Of a DNA stretch of 64,000 bases, positions 17,063-26,149 are shown piece by piece. The notes under the pieces are model-generated. The model was given only the letters and a program-made list of their open reading frames with translations, was not told the origin of the DNA and ran no database searches. Position 1 is the stretch's first letter; every line of letters starts with the position of its first letter. Both the position numbers and the translations under genes were made by a program. Location of the stretch: contig JBBQTI010000003.1 in the NCBI GenBank assembly GCA_038213435.1, positions 77,269-141,268 of the forward strand. Direction: 5' to 3'. This DNA comes from Acidimicrobiia bacterium. Its GTDB lineage: Bacteria > Actinomycetota > Acidimicrobiia > IMCC26256 > PALSA-610.

Positions 17063-17997
17063 GTCGCGACCAGCTCGTCGGCTATACGACCCAGCTCGGC
17101 TCGCAGCTCGACCGGTTCCAGAACCTCGACGCGGGCGCCGAATCCGGCGAGTTGTCCGGCGAGCGCGCCGACACTCGGGCCCGCGACCTCGACGTCGATC
17201 CGGCCATCGGGTCGCGCCGGTCCGACGCGCACCTTCGTATCGAAGACCCAACGCAGGAGCGGCACAACAGTGAGGTCCGCGGCGGCGAGCACCCGGACCG
17301 GCGCGCGGAGCTGGTCGACCTCCGCGGTGATGAGCCGCCACGCCTCGGCGAGATCGAATCCCTCGGGACGCATCACCTTCTCGCCGGTGCGCTCAAGCGA
17401 GGCAACCCGGTCGACGCGGAAGGTGCGCAACCCCGCGTCGGTATCAGCGACCAGATACCAGACGCTCCCCTTGGCGGCGAGCCCCAAGGGATGCACCACC
17501 CGTGTCGTCGAGGCGCGATCGCGCGCGACATAACCGAGCTCGAGTTGTTCGCCTTCGATCACCGCGTGTTGCAACGCGTCGAGATGTTGAGGCGGCGGTC
17601 GGGTCGGGGTCGCGCGGCCCCACTCGTTCGGATCGACGACGACGGCCGTCGACGCAGCCTGCGCGTCGGCGCGGAACGGCTCGGGCAACGCACGCACGAG
17701 CTTGCGCAGCGCGGCCTTGAGCTCCGGCGTGGCCGGCGACGGTCCGGCGACGAGGAAAAGGGCGCGGGCCTCGGCCGCGTTCAGCCCGCTGAGGTCGGTG
17801 CGCGCGCCGCCGAGGAGCTGCCAACCGCCGTTGCGGCCCGGCTGCGAGTACACCGGCAGCCCGGCAAGAGCCAGCGCGTCGAGGTCGCGGCGTGCGGTGC
17901 GCTCGGAGATCTCGAGCTCGGCCGCGACCTCGGCCGCGGTCACCCGACCACGAGTCTGGAGGAGCATCAGGACGGCGACGAGGCGGTCTGCTCGCAT
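17032..17997 (-). CDS. YafY-family transcriptional regulator (HTH + WYL domain)
   Basis: 321 aa. N-terminal DeoR-type HTH (RVTAAEVAAELEISERTARRDLDAL) and a central WYL motif (GSVWYLVA). Confidence 0.85.
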   Translation of the reverse strand: MRADRLVAVLMLLQTRGRVTAAEVAAELEISERTARRDLDALALAGLPVYSQPGRNGGWQLLGGARTDLSGLNAAEARALFLVAGPSPATPELKAALRKLVRALPEPFRADAQAASTAVVVDPNEWGRATPTRPPPQHLDALQHAVIEGEQLELGYVARDRASTTRVVHPLGLAAKGSVWYLVADTDAGLRTFRVDRVASLERTGEKVMRPEGFDLAEAWRLITAEVDQLRAPVRVLAAADLTVVPLLRWVFDTKVRVGPARPDGRIDVEVAGPSVGALAGQLAGFGARVEVLEPVELRAELGRIADELVATYGSHPGSRP

Positions 17998-18009
17998 CGA
18001 CGCATCATT

Positions 18010-18030
18010 TCAGGAGAACCGGTCAGGAGA
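18010..18030 (+). repeat. TCAGGAGA duplicated with 13-bp period immediately upstream of ATG 18030
   Basis: tTCAGGAGAaccggTCAGGAGAtg, read directly. It lies in the 32-bp divergent gap between the yafY-like gene and the DinB gene. Confidence 0.6.
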
Positions 18031-18737
18031 TGGCCACTTTAGGGGCGCATCATCTCGGCATGGACATGACATCGAGCTCATCATCCCCGGCCACCGACGG
18101 AAGCCCTTTCCACCTCGACATCGATCCCCGCCCACTCTTTGCGGCCGCGACGACGACCGCGACGGACGTGATCACCGCCGTGCGCGCCGATCAGCTCACG
18201 AATCCCACCCCGTGCACCGAGTACGACGTCCGCCAGCTGCTCCGCCACCTCGTCGGCGTGCTTCCCCGGGTCGCGGCGATGGGTCGCGGCGACGACCCGA
18301 TGCGCGTCACCGCTCCCGAGATCGACGGCATCGCCGACGACGAGGTGACGCCGGCCTGGCTCGCCGCGGTCGCGGAGGCCGAGGCGGCGTGGGCCGACGG
18401 GTCCGCGCTCGAGCGCACGATCGTGTTGCCATGGGCGACCGACACCGGTGCCGCCGCGCTCCTCGGTTACGTCAACGAGGTCACCGTGCACACGTGGGAC
18501 ATCGCCCGCGCGACGGGACAGACTCCCGCGTGGAACCAGGAGGCAGTCGAGAACGCGTACGCGCTCATGCGCACCTGGCTGCCGGGCGAAGGCCGCGCCG
18601 AGATCTTCGCCGAGGTGCGCAAGAACATGGGGCCGGCTGCGGCGTCCGCGCCTGACGCGTTCGCCGAGGTCGTCCCCGTGCGCGACGACGCGCCGCTCAT
18701 CGACCTGCTTGTCGCGTGGAACGGCCGCCGCCCCTGA
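18030..18737 (+). CDS. DinB-fold, TIGR03086-like (mycothiol-dependent enzyme family) protein
   Basis: ATG 18030 after CAGGAGA, inside track ORF 17892..18737. TPCTEYDVRQLLRHLVG...NEVTVHTWDIARATG. Confidence 0.75.
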   Translation: MATLGAHHLGMDMTSSSSSPATDGSPFHLDIDPRPLFAAATTTATDVITAVRADQLTNPTPCTEYDVRQLLRHLVGVLPRVAAMGRGDDPMRVTAPEIDGIADDEVTPAWLAAVAEAEAAWADGSALERTIVLPWATDTGAAALLGYVNEVTVHTWDIARATGQTPAWNQEAVENAYALMRTWLPGEGRAEIFAEVRKNMGPAAASAPDAFAEVVPVRDDAPLIDLLVAWNGRRP

Positions 18738-18769
18738 CACCGAATCGCACCGCAGGTAGCGTGACCGAC

Positions 18770-19147
18770 ATGCTCGACCACCTTTCCATTCAATGCGACG
18801 ACGCCGCCGAGAGCGCGCGGTTCTACGACGCGGTGCTCGCGCCGCTCGGCGGCAAGCGCATCTTGGACTTCGGCAGCGTCATCGGCTACGGAACCACCCG
18901 GCCGAGGTTCTGGATCGGGGCCCGCGCCGACGAGATCCCGAACCGGCAATCGCACATCGCCTTTGTTGCGCTCGAGCGATCAGCGGTCGACGCATTCGTC
19001 GCGGCCGCGGTCGCGCAGGGTGCCGAGGTGCTACACGAGCCGCGCGTCTGGCCCGAGTACCACCCGGATTATTACGGCGGCTTCGTACGCGACCCCGACG
19101 GCAACAATGTCGAGGCCGTCTGTCACGCGGCCTCGAACGAGCGCTGA
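18770..19147 (+). CDS. VOC (glyoxalase/bleomycin-resistance/dioxygenase) family protein
   Basis: ATG 18770 (MLDHLSIQCDD..ARFYDAVLAPLG...HIAF...GGFVRDPDGNNVEAV). Confidence 0.8.
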   Translation: MLDHLSIQCDDAAESARFYDAVLAPLGGKRILDFGSVIGYGTTRPRFWIGARADEIPNRQSHIAFVALERSAVDAFVAAAVAQGAEVLHEPRVWPEYHPDYYGGFVRDPDGNNVEAVCHAASNER

Positions 19148-19300
19148 CTCCGAGTTACGCCGCGAGCGTCGCCCTGAGCTCCCACAACAGCTCGGCGTCG
19201 TCGTGCCAAAGCCGACCGTTGGTCTCGAGGAACGTGCGCCGCGCGACGAACGCGCAGTCGAACAGGTAGCCGAGGCGAGCTGTGTTGTCGACGATCTACG

Positions 19301-20074
19301 TCACCACAGTTCGTCGGCGTACTTGTCGGTGCCGACGACCGTCCGGAAGAAGGGCGCGACGAGGCGCACGGTCGCGAGGTCGCCGGCGTCGATGCTGTCG
19401 GTGTACGCGCGCACTGCGGGCAGCGCCTCCCGCACGTCGCCCGACACGAGGAAGAGCTGGCACAAGCGTTCCGGGCCGCCGGCCTTGCTCCCGAGGTCCA
19501 TCGGGACGTCGCGCGGGTCGTTCTCACCGGCCGACGGAGTCCACGAGTTCGCGATCTCGATCGGCGACTGCGCGAGCAGCTGCGGCGCGCGGGAGCCCGC
19601 CAGCTCATCGTGCAGCGCGCGGGCATCTCGCCCACCGCGCGCGTCGAACCATGCGATGACGAGGCCGTCGTAGCCGTGGTCGAGCGCGAGCTCGATCGGC
19701 ACCGGGTCGGCGTCGCGGTACACGGCGCCGAGGTGGTCGAACAAGACGGTGTGCGTGTGCCGTCGCTCGGCGAATCCGCGTCCCTGCGCGTAGAGCTCGC
19801 GCACCTGATGCCGCGCCCACACGTCGAAGTGGTCGGTGTGGTGCCCGCGCTCCACGAAGTAGATCGCGACGTACGAACCCGCGTCGGGCGGCGACGCAAC
19901 AGTCTCGTCGTCGCCGGGCCAGCGCGCGTCCTTCAACGCGCGCGTCGCAACCCAACGACTGCCGGCGAAGAGGAAGGGACCGATCATGCAACCGGCGTAG
20001 AAGTGATCGCGCTCGTACCACCGGTTGTACGCGGCCTCGTAGCCGCGGTTCGGATCGACGAGTGTCAGCAGCAT
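19301..20074 (-). CDS. hypothetical protein (about 257 aa; possible tandem EthD-like alpha/beta-barrel, tentative)
   Basis: Protein-like C-terminal two thirds of track ORF 19301..20482. ATG 20074 preceded by CAAGGT. MLLTLVDPNRGYEAAYNRWYERDHFY... GTG alternatives at 20137 and 20143. Confidence 0.55.
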   Translation of the reverse strand: MLLTLVDPNRGYEAAYNRWYERDHFYAGCMIGPFLFAGSRWVATRALKDARWPGDDETVASPPDAGSYVAIYFVERGHHTDHFDVWARHQVRELYAQGRGFAERRHTHTVLFDHLGAVYRDADPVPIELALDHGYDGLVIAWFDARGGRDARALHDELAGSRAPQLLAQSPIEIANSWTPSAGENDPRDVPMDLGSKAGGPERLCQLFLVSGDVREALPAVRAYTDSIDAGDLATVRLVAPFFRTVVGTDKYADELW

Positions 20075-20185
20075 GCTGCCGACCTTGACGCGGTAGTCGT
20101 CGGCCCCGCCGACCTCGAGCGGATACGGCACGCGCACCTCCACGGCGGCTGGACGAGAGCGACGGCACCATAGGAGACTCGCCCC

Positions 20186-21244
20186 GTGGATTTCGATCCG
20201 ATGCTCGAGGCCGCCCGGAAGCTGGTCGACGACGGCATCACGCCCGCGTGCCAGCTCGCGGTGGCGCGCGCCGGCGACATCGTGTGCCTCGAGACCTTCG
20301 GCGCGGCGACGAACGACACCCGCTTTTGCGTTTTCTCCGCGACGAAACCGATCGTCGCCTCGGCCGTCTGGCTGTTGATCGGCGAGGGGCTGCTCGACCC
20401 GAGCCGGCCGGTCGCGCACTACATCCCCGAGTTCGCGTCGAACGGCAAGGAGACCGTCACCGTCGAGCAGGTCCTGCTCCACACCGCAGGATTCCCGAAC
20501 GCGCCGATGGACCCGATCGAAGGCGGCGACGCGGTGACACGCGTCAAGCGCTTCACCGAATGGAGCCTCGAGTGGGAGCCGGGCTCACGCTTCGAGTATC
20601 ACGCGCTCGCCGCGCACTGGGTGCTCGCCGAGCTCATCGAACGCCTGAGCGGGCACGACTTCCGCGACTACATCGAGGAGCGGGTGTGCGCGCCGAACGG
20701 TCTTCCGCGCGTGCTCGGACTCGACGACGAGGAACAAGACGACGTCGCCCCCGGCGTCCCGCTCGGCACCACGCCCCCGGACTCGCCGCTCCCCGTCGTC
20801 GACACGATGATCCTCAATCGTCCCGACGTACGCGCCGCGGGAGTGCCCGGCGGCGGCGCGATCATGACCGCGGCGACGATGGCGCGCTTCTACCAGGCGC
20901 TGCTGCACGACTCGAACCACGTGTGGGACGCCGGCGTGTTGCACGACGCGACGACCAACATTCGCTGCCGGTTTGCCGATCCGCTCATGCACGTCGCGGC
21001 GAACCGCTCGATCGGACTCGTCCTCGCCGGCGACGACGGCCTGCATCAGTTCCGCTACGGGATGTTCGGCAAGGACAACTCGCCCGGAAGCTTCGGGCAC
21101 GCCGGCGCCCATTGCCAGGTCGCGTGGGCCGATCCCGCAACCGGCATCTCGTTCTCGTTCCTGAAGAACGGGCTCCAGGCTGACATGATGGGCGACGCGC
21201 TGAACGTGATCCCGATCACCGACGCCGCTGCAGCACTTCGCTAG
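20186..21244 (+). CDS. serine hydrolase, beta-lactamase/transpeptidase-like family
   Basis: 352 aa. SxxK motif FSATKPIV. GTG start after TAGGAGA. Confidence 0.85.
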   Translation: MDFDPMLEAARKLVDDGITPACQLAVARAGDIVCLETFGAATNDTRFCVFSATKPIVASAVWLLIGEGLLDPSRPVAHYIPEFASNGKETVTVEQVLLHTAGFPNAPMDPIEGGDAVTRVKRFTEWSLEWEPGSRFEYHALAAHWVLAELIERLSGHDFRDYIEERVCAPNGLPRVLGLDDEEQDDVAPGVPLGTTPPDSPLPVVDTMILNRPDVRAAGVPGGGAIMTAATMARFYQALLHDSNHVWDAGVLHDATTNIRCRFADPLMHVAANRSIGLVLAGDDGLHQFRYGMFGKDNSPGSFGHAGAHCQVAWADPATGISFSFLKNGLQADMMGDALNVIPITDAAAALR

Positions 21245-21272
21245 ACGTTTCGTAGGACAGAAGGACCCGATC

Positions 21273-22391
21273 GTGCGCACACCGATCGCCGAACAGCTCG
21301 ACATCGAGTTCCCGATCTTCGCGTTCTCGCACTGCCGCGACGTGATCGCCGCGGTAAGCCGCGCCGGCGGCTTCGGCGTGCTCGGCGCGCTCGCGTTCAC
21401 GCCGGAGGAGCTCGAGATCGAGCTGAACTGGATCGACGAGCACGTCGACGGCAAGCCGTACGGCGTCGACATCGTCATGCCCATGAAGTACATGGGCAAG
21501 GGCGGCGGCGACGAGGCGAACTTCGCCAACCTCGACGCGATGATCCCGCAAGGCCATCGCGACTTCGTCGACGAGCTGCTGCGCAAGCACGACGTCCCGC
21601 CGCTCCCACCCGAGCTCGACGGCGGGGTCATCAAGGCTGCGGGCCTGAACGTCGACGCGGAGGCGCCCGGCCAGGTCGAGGTCTCGCTTGCGCACCCGGG
21701 CGTGAAGATGCTCGTGAACGCGCTCGGACCGCCGCCGCCCGACATCGTGCAGCTCGCGCACGACCACGGCCTGCTCGTGGGCGCGCTCGTCGGGGCCAAA
21801 CAGCACGCCGAGCGTCAGGTTGCGATCGGCGTCGACGTGATCGTGGCCCAGGGCACCGAGGCGGGCGGCCACTGCGGCGAGATCGCGACGATGGTGCTCA
21901 TTCCCGAGGTCGTCGACGCGGTGGGTCCCGACGTCCCCGTCCTCGCCGCCGGTGGCATCGCGACCGGTCGGCAGATGACCGCCGCGCTCGCGCTGGGCGC
22001 ACAAGGCGTGTGGACGGGTTCGATGTGGCTCACCGTCGCGGAAGCGAACACCGATCCGGTCATCACGGAACGGCTGCTCGCGGCAACGTCGCGCGACACC
22101 GTGCGCTCGCGCGCGTACACGGGCAAGCCCGCGCGTCAGCTCCGCAGCGCGTGGACCGAGGCGTTCGATGCTCCCGAAGGTCCCGGCACCCTGCCGATGC
22201 CACTCCAAGGAATCTTGCACCAGGAAGCCGCGCGTCGCTTCATGCGCGTCGACAACAAGGAGCTCACCGGCTTCCCCGTCGGCCAGATCGTCGGACGGCT
22301 CAACGACGTGCGCCCGACGCGCGACGTGATCTTCGACATGGTCGAGGAGTGGATTGCGACGACGGAACGCCTCAACACGTTGATGGGCTAA
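21273..22391 (+). CDS. nitronate monooxygenase (NMO/2-nitropropane dioxygenase) family
   Basis: 372 aa. FPIFAFSH, GTEAGGH, AAGGIATGRQMTAALALGAQGVWTGS. Confidence 0.85.
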   Translation: MRTPIAEQLDIEFPIFAFSHCRDVIAAVSRAGGFGVLGALAFTPEELEIELNWIDEHVDGKPYGVDIVMPMKYMGKGGGDEANFANLDAMIPQGHRDFVDELLRKHDVPPLPPELDGGVIKAAGLNVDAEAPGQVEVSLAHPGVKMLVNALGPPPPDIVQLAHDHGLLVGALVGAKQHAERQVAIGVDVIVAQGTEAGGHCGEIATMVLIPEVVDAVGPDVPVLAAGGIATGRQMTAALALGAQGVWTGSMWLTVAEANTDPVITERLLAATSRDTVRSRAYTGKPARQLRSAWTEAFDAPEGPGTLPMPLQGILHQEAARRFMRVDNKELTGFPVGQIVGRLNDVRPTRDVIFDMVEEWIATTERLNTLMG

Positions 22392-22876
22392 CCCATCGCG
22401 GGCAGGCCGAGCTTGCGATGGTCCCAGGTCACCGTCTTGTCGACGTTCAGCTTCACGACCACGCGCTTGTTCAGCATCGCCTCTACGAACGGCTTGAGCT
22501 CTTCGGTGTATGGGGCGTTGTAGCGCTCGAAGACGCTGACCCCGAGCTCCCACATCCGGGCGGGGTCGTCGATGATCTCGCCGGTGCCGACGAGTGAGAC
22601 GCCGCGCAGTTGGTCGTAGGACTCCCCCGCCTCGACGAGACAGGTGAGGCGCGGGTCGCGGCGAAGGTTCGTGACCTTCTGCGCCTTGGTCTTGGTCTCG
22701 AACGCGACCGCGCCCTCGAGGAACCCGTACCACATCGCCACCGAATGGATACTGCCGTCGCGCGAGATCGTCGACATCGTCATCGCATGCCGCTCCGCGA
22801 GGAAGGCGTCGACCTCTTCGAGCGTCATCTTGATGAGATCACGCTGGTTGACGCCGTGGCCCATGGCGTTGGTCAT
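22388..22876 (-). CDS. PPOX-class (pyridoxamine 5'-phosphate oxidase-like) probable F420-dependent enzyme
   Basis: 162 aa. EEVDAFLAERHAMTMSTISRDGSIHSVAMWY. AAGGAG sits before the ATG. Confidence 0.8.
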   Translation of the reverse strand: MTNAMGHGVNQRDLIKMTLEEVDAFLAERHAMTMSTISRDGSIHSVAMWYGFLEGAVAFETKTKAQKVTNLRRDPRLTCLVEAGESYDQLRGVSLVGTGEIIDDPARMWELGVSVFERYNAPYTEELKPFVEAMLNKRVVVKLNVDKTVTWDHRKLGLPAMG

Positions 22877-22946
22877 GCGGCTGCTCCTTGGTCGGCGAAC
22901 TTCACCTTGGTAGGAATGGCGGCGATCAGCCTAGGTTGAGACCCCT

Positions 22947-23726
22947 ATGGCAGGCACAGTACGGCTCGAGGTCGACGGTGCGATCGCGACGATCGTCAAC
23001 GACAACCCCGACAAGCACAACGCGTTCGACGACGACATGGACGCGCAACTGTTCGGAATCCTCGACACACTCGCGCCGCGCCGCGACATCCGGGCCGTGA
23101 TCTGGAAGGGAGTCGGGAAGTCGTTCTCGTCGGGTCGAGACGTCGGCTCGATCGGCGCGATGCAGGTTCCGCTCTCGCACCACGAGCTCATGCGTCGGGG
23201 CCACCGCGGCATCCAGCGCGTCTGGGACGTCGACGCGCCGGTCATCGTTGCGTGCAAGGGCTGGGTCATGGGCGGGTCGTTCCAGCGTGCGCTCCTCTGC
23301 GACGTGCGGGTCGCGGCCGAGGGCACGCGCTTTCGGTTGCCGGAGGTGACGTACGGAGTGATCCCCGACACCGGTGGCGTCGCGGTGCTCTACGAGATGT
23401 GCGGGCACGGCCTGGTGAGCGACATGGTGCTCACCGGACGAGTCCTGTCTGCAGAGGAGGCACTGACCCACGGCATCGTGTCGCGCGTCGTGCCGGAAGA
23501 GCAGCTCGACGCGACCGTACGCGAGATGGCCGAGCAGATCGCGGCCGCGCCGGCGGTCACGGTGAAGATGGCGCGCGAGGTGATCAGACACCTTGCGCTG
23601 CCGCAGATTCGCAGCTCGATGAACGACGAGATGATCTACCAGACCTTCATCAACCGCAGCGACGACTTCGCCGAGATGCGCGACGCTCGCGACGCGAACC
23701 GTCCACCGAACTACTCGGGGAGCTGA
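22947..23726 (+). CDS. enoyl-CoA hydratase/isomerase (crotonase) family
   Basis: 259 aa. ATIVNDNPDKHNAF, GVGKSFSSGRDV, CKGWVMGGSFQRALLCD. Confidence 0.85.
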   Translation: MAGTVRLEVDGAIATIVNDNPDKHNAFDDDMDAQLFGILDTLAPRRDIRAVIWKGVGKSFSSGRDVGSIGAMQVPLSHHELMRRGHRGIQRVWDVDAPVIVACKGWVMGGSFQRALLCDVRVAAEGTRFRLPEVTYGVIPDTGGVAVLYEMCGHGLVSDMVLTGRVLSAEEALTHGIVSRVVPEEQLDATVREMAEQIAAAPAVTVKMAREVIRHLALPQIRSSMNDEMIYQTFINRSDDFAEMRDARDANRPPNYSGS

Positions 23727-23727
23727 G

Positions 23728-24633
23728 ATGGTCGAGCCCACGAATTCCGACGGTTTGATCGGACTCCCGCAACCGCCGCCCCTCGGCGAGTCCGCACTGC
23801 CGCCCGGCACCTTCGGCGGCGTCGCCGCCTTCGTCACCGGCGCGGGCACCGGACTGGGCAAGGCCATCGCGGCCGAGTTCGCGCGTGTCGGCGCCTCGAT
23901 CGTGATCGCGAGCCGAAAGCCGGAGCACCTCGACGCCGGCCGCGAGGCCATCGAGGCGATCGGCGCGCCGGTTCTCGCCGTCGCGTGCGACATCCGGGAC
24001 GCGGAACAGATCGCCACCGCGTTCGACGCGGCCGAGCAACGGTTCGGACTTCCGGGCGTGCTCGTGAACAACGCAGCGGCCAACTTCCCGGTCCCGGCCG
24101 AGGACATGTCGCCGAACGCGTGGCGCACGGTGGTCGACATCACGTTGAACGGCACGTTCTTGTGCTGTCGCGAGTTCGGTCGCCGTCACATCGCGACCGC
24201 GACGCCGGGTTCGATCGTCAACGTCGGCGCCTCCTACGCGTGGACGGGTGGCCCGGGATTCGTGCACTCGGCCGCGGCCAAAGCCGGCGTGAAGAACCTG
24301 ACCGAGTCGCTCGCGGTCGAGTGGGGTCCGTACGGCATCCAGGTCAACTCGCTCGTCCCGGGCCTCTTCCCGCACGAGGACATGACGGCCGACATCCGCG
24401 GCAACCTCGATCGCACCTCCGACAAGGACGCGTGCCAACCCGCACTTCGGGTCGGTCAACGCCAGGAGCTCGGCTGGGCGGCCACGTTCCTCGCGTCGCC
24501 CTACGCGCGGTTCGTCTCGGGTAACACGCTCGTGGTCGACGGCGCGAACTGGCAGCGCCGCTCGATGACGAACCCCCCGGTCGTCACGATTCGAGAGCAG
24601 ATGGGCAAGGGAGCGTTCGCGCTCGACCCGTGA
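23728..24633 (+). CDS. SDR family oxidoreductase, 2,4-dienoyl-CoA-reductase-like
   Basis: 301 aa. AFVTGAGTGLGKA, NNAAANF, HSAAAKAGVKNLTESLAVEWG. Confidence 0.85.
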   Translation: MVEPTNSDGLIGLPQPPPLGESALPPGTFGGVAAFVTGAGTGLGKAIAAEFARVGASIVIASRKPEHLDAGREAIEAIGAPVLAVACDIRDAEQIATAFDAAEQRFGLPGVLVNNAAANFPVPAEDMSPNAWRTVVDITLNGTFLCCREFGRRHIATATPGSIVNVGASYAWTGGPGFVHSAAAKAGVKNLTESLAVEWGPYGIQVNSLVPGLFPHEDMTADIRGNLDRTSDKDACQPALRVGQRQELGWAATFLASPYARFVSGNTLVVDGANWQRRSMTNPPVVTIREQMGKGAFALDP

Positions 24634-24977
24634 GCGCAGCGCTTCGTGGAGCATCCGCTGCGGCCGCGCCTCGGCAAAATACGCTCCGCGTCATGACCGT
24701 GCGACGGCGCCGCGTTGCCGACGACGAGCAGCATCGGCTCGCTGCCGTTCGTCGCACCCGGGATCTCGCCGGTCTCCCGGCCCGCGCGTCGATCGGCGCG
24801 ATAGAGATCGAGCTGCGTACGCTCGGGTGGCAACAGCCCACCACTGCCGCCGCGAACGGCGAGTATCGGAACGCTTCCGCCGGCTGAAGAAAAACGCCTC
24901 CGCCGATTCGTTCACGCGACGCTTGATGGCCGGAACGGCCCGGCCAGATATACAGCGCAGGAATCGCCGACATCGCG

Positions 24978-25520
24978 TCAGCTCACGTTGTGGTGGTTGG
25001 CGCCGATGAGCACGACCGCGAGGACGGCGGGCTCGTTGCCGGTGTTCGACCAACGATGACGAGTGCCGTTTTGTATGTAGGTGTCACCGGGGTTCAGTGC
25101 GAGCTTCGCTCCGTTGTCGAGTTCGAGAGTGGCTTGTCCCGAGAGCACGATTCCGTAGTCGATGGTGGCGGTGGTGTGCATGCCTGGCTCGGCGGGCTCG
25201 AGATGCTCGGCCATGCCCGGCAGCTTCTGCTCGAACTCGGCCAACGCCGCGTTGATGTCGAGACCCGGCGGAGCGCCGACGCCCCCGTCGGGAGGGATGG
25301 TGAAGAATCCGAATCGGAACCCACCGACAGGCGGGAAGTAGCGGGGGGCGTCGGGTCTTGATCCGTCGTCGGGGAAATTGAGGGTCGAATCGGCACCCCA
25401 CATGAGATGGAACTCGCTGCCGGGCAGCAACGCCAACGTCACCGGGGCGACCGGATCGTCACCGACGAAGACTGCGTTTCCGTCTGCGTCATGGCCGGTC
25501 ACTACTCGCCGCACGTCCAC
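24978..25520 (-). CDS. cupin domain protein
   Basis: 180 aa. C-terminal cupin barrel (MHTTATIDYGIVLSGQATLELDNG...GDTYIQNGTRHRWSN). Confidence 0.75.
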   Translation of the reverse strand: MDVRRVVTGHDADGNAVFVGDDPVAPVTLALLPGSEFHLMWGADSTLNFPDDGSRPDAPRYFPPVGGFRFGFFTIPPDGGVGAPPGLDINAALAEFEQKLPGMAEHLEPAEPGMHTTATIDYGIVLSGQATLELDNGAKLALNPGDTYIQNGTRHRWSNTGNEPAVLAVVLIGANHHNVS

Positions 25521-25715
25521 GTCTGATCCCCTCGTTCGGCTCGTCGGGCGAGAGTACGCGAGTCGGCGCGACGTTCGCGATCGTGTCTGTTCGAGTCGAG
25601 GTCGCCGTACGACCTTCGGGTGGATCGCGCCGCGCCCCTACCCGCGCAGTCGCCTGACCCCAACTGCGCGGCGAGCGGCCCGCAGAAATCGACGGCGGCG
25701 GAGCGTCCCAGAGTG

Positions 25716-25819
25716 TCAACCGTTCGGATTGATGTTCTGGTTGAGATGGAAGATGTTGTCGGGGTCGTAGCGCCGTTTAGCTGGAGCAATCGCCCCCAGT
25801 TGGGTCCGTAGCGCGGGAC
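25716..25819 (-). pseudogene. remnant of the C-terminal BBE domain of an FAD-linked oxidase, with a 1-nt deletion
   Basis: Two adjoining minus-strand frames read VPRYGPNWGRLLQL | KRRYDPDNIFHLNQNINPNG*. Joined, they give the classic BBE-domain ending (YG.N..RL...K..YDP.N.F..NQNI.P). The frames differ by one A missing from an A-run (plus-strand TTT 25776-25778). Nothing upstream of this gene survives. Confidence 0.6.
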
Positions 25820-26124
25820 AGTCGCTCTGCCCCGACCAGGAGGATCCACGGCTCGACGCTGACCGTCACGAGTCGCAGTGCCGCGGCCCAGGGGTCCTCG
25901 GCGAGGCGGCGATGGATGTCGGCCTCGCTGGCGGCATCTGCGATCAAAAGGACGCGGATGCGCCCGTGCTCGCTCCCGGTGAGCGGCCCTGCGAACAGGA
26001 CGACCCCGTCATCTGCCAAGGTGTTCATGAAGGCTGCGTGGTCGTTTGCCGCGGGCTGCCCGAAGGCACCTTTGCCGTTCGTCCAGCCTGGCCCCGCTTC
26101 GCGGATGACGGCGTAGAGGCTCAT
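25777..26124 (-). CDS. YciI-like family protein
   Basis: 115 aa. MSLYAVIREAGPGW...HAAFMNTLADDGVVLFAGPL...EDPW...VEPW. The last ~15 codons overlap the oxidase remnant in another frame. Confidence 0.7.
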   Translation of the reverse strand: MSLYAVIREAGPGWTNGKGAFGQPAANDHAAFMNTLADDGVVLFAGPLTGSEHGRIRVLLIADAASEADIHRRLAEDPWAAALRLVTVSVEPWILLVGAERLSRATDPTGGDCSS

Positions 26125-26149
26125 TGGTCGCTCCCTTCGGGTTGGGCCG

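Noticed and set aside
24584-24973. 129-aa minus ORF as an intact gene filling the gap between the SDR and the cupin gene.
   Set aside because: After about 45 plausible residues it becomes Arg/Ser/Ala-rich nonsense, and it overlaps the SDR gene end by 50 nt. I treat it as part of a decayed locus (see finding) rather than a CDS.
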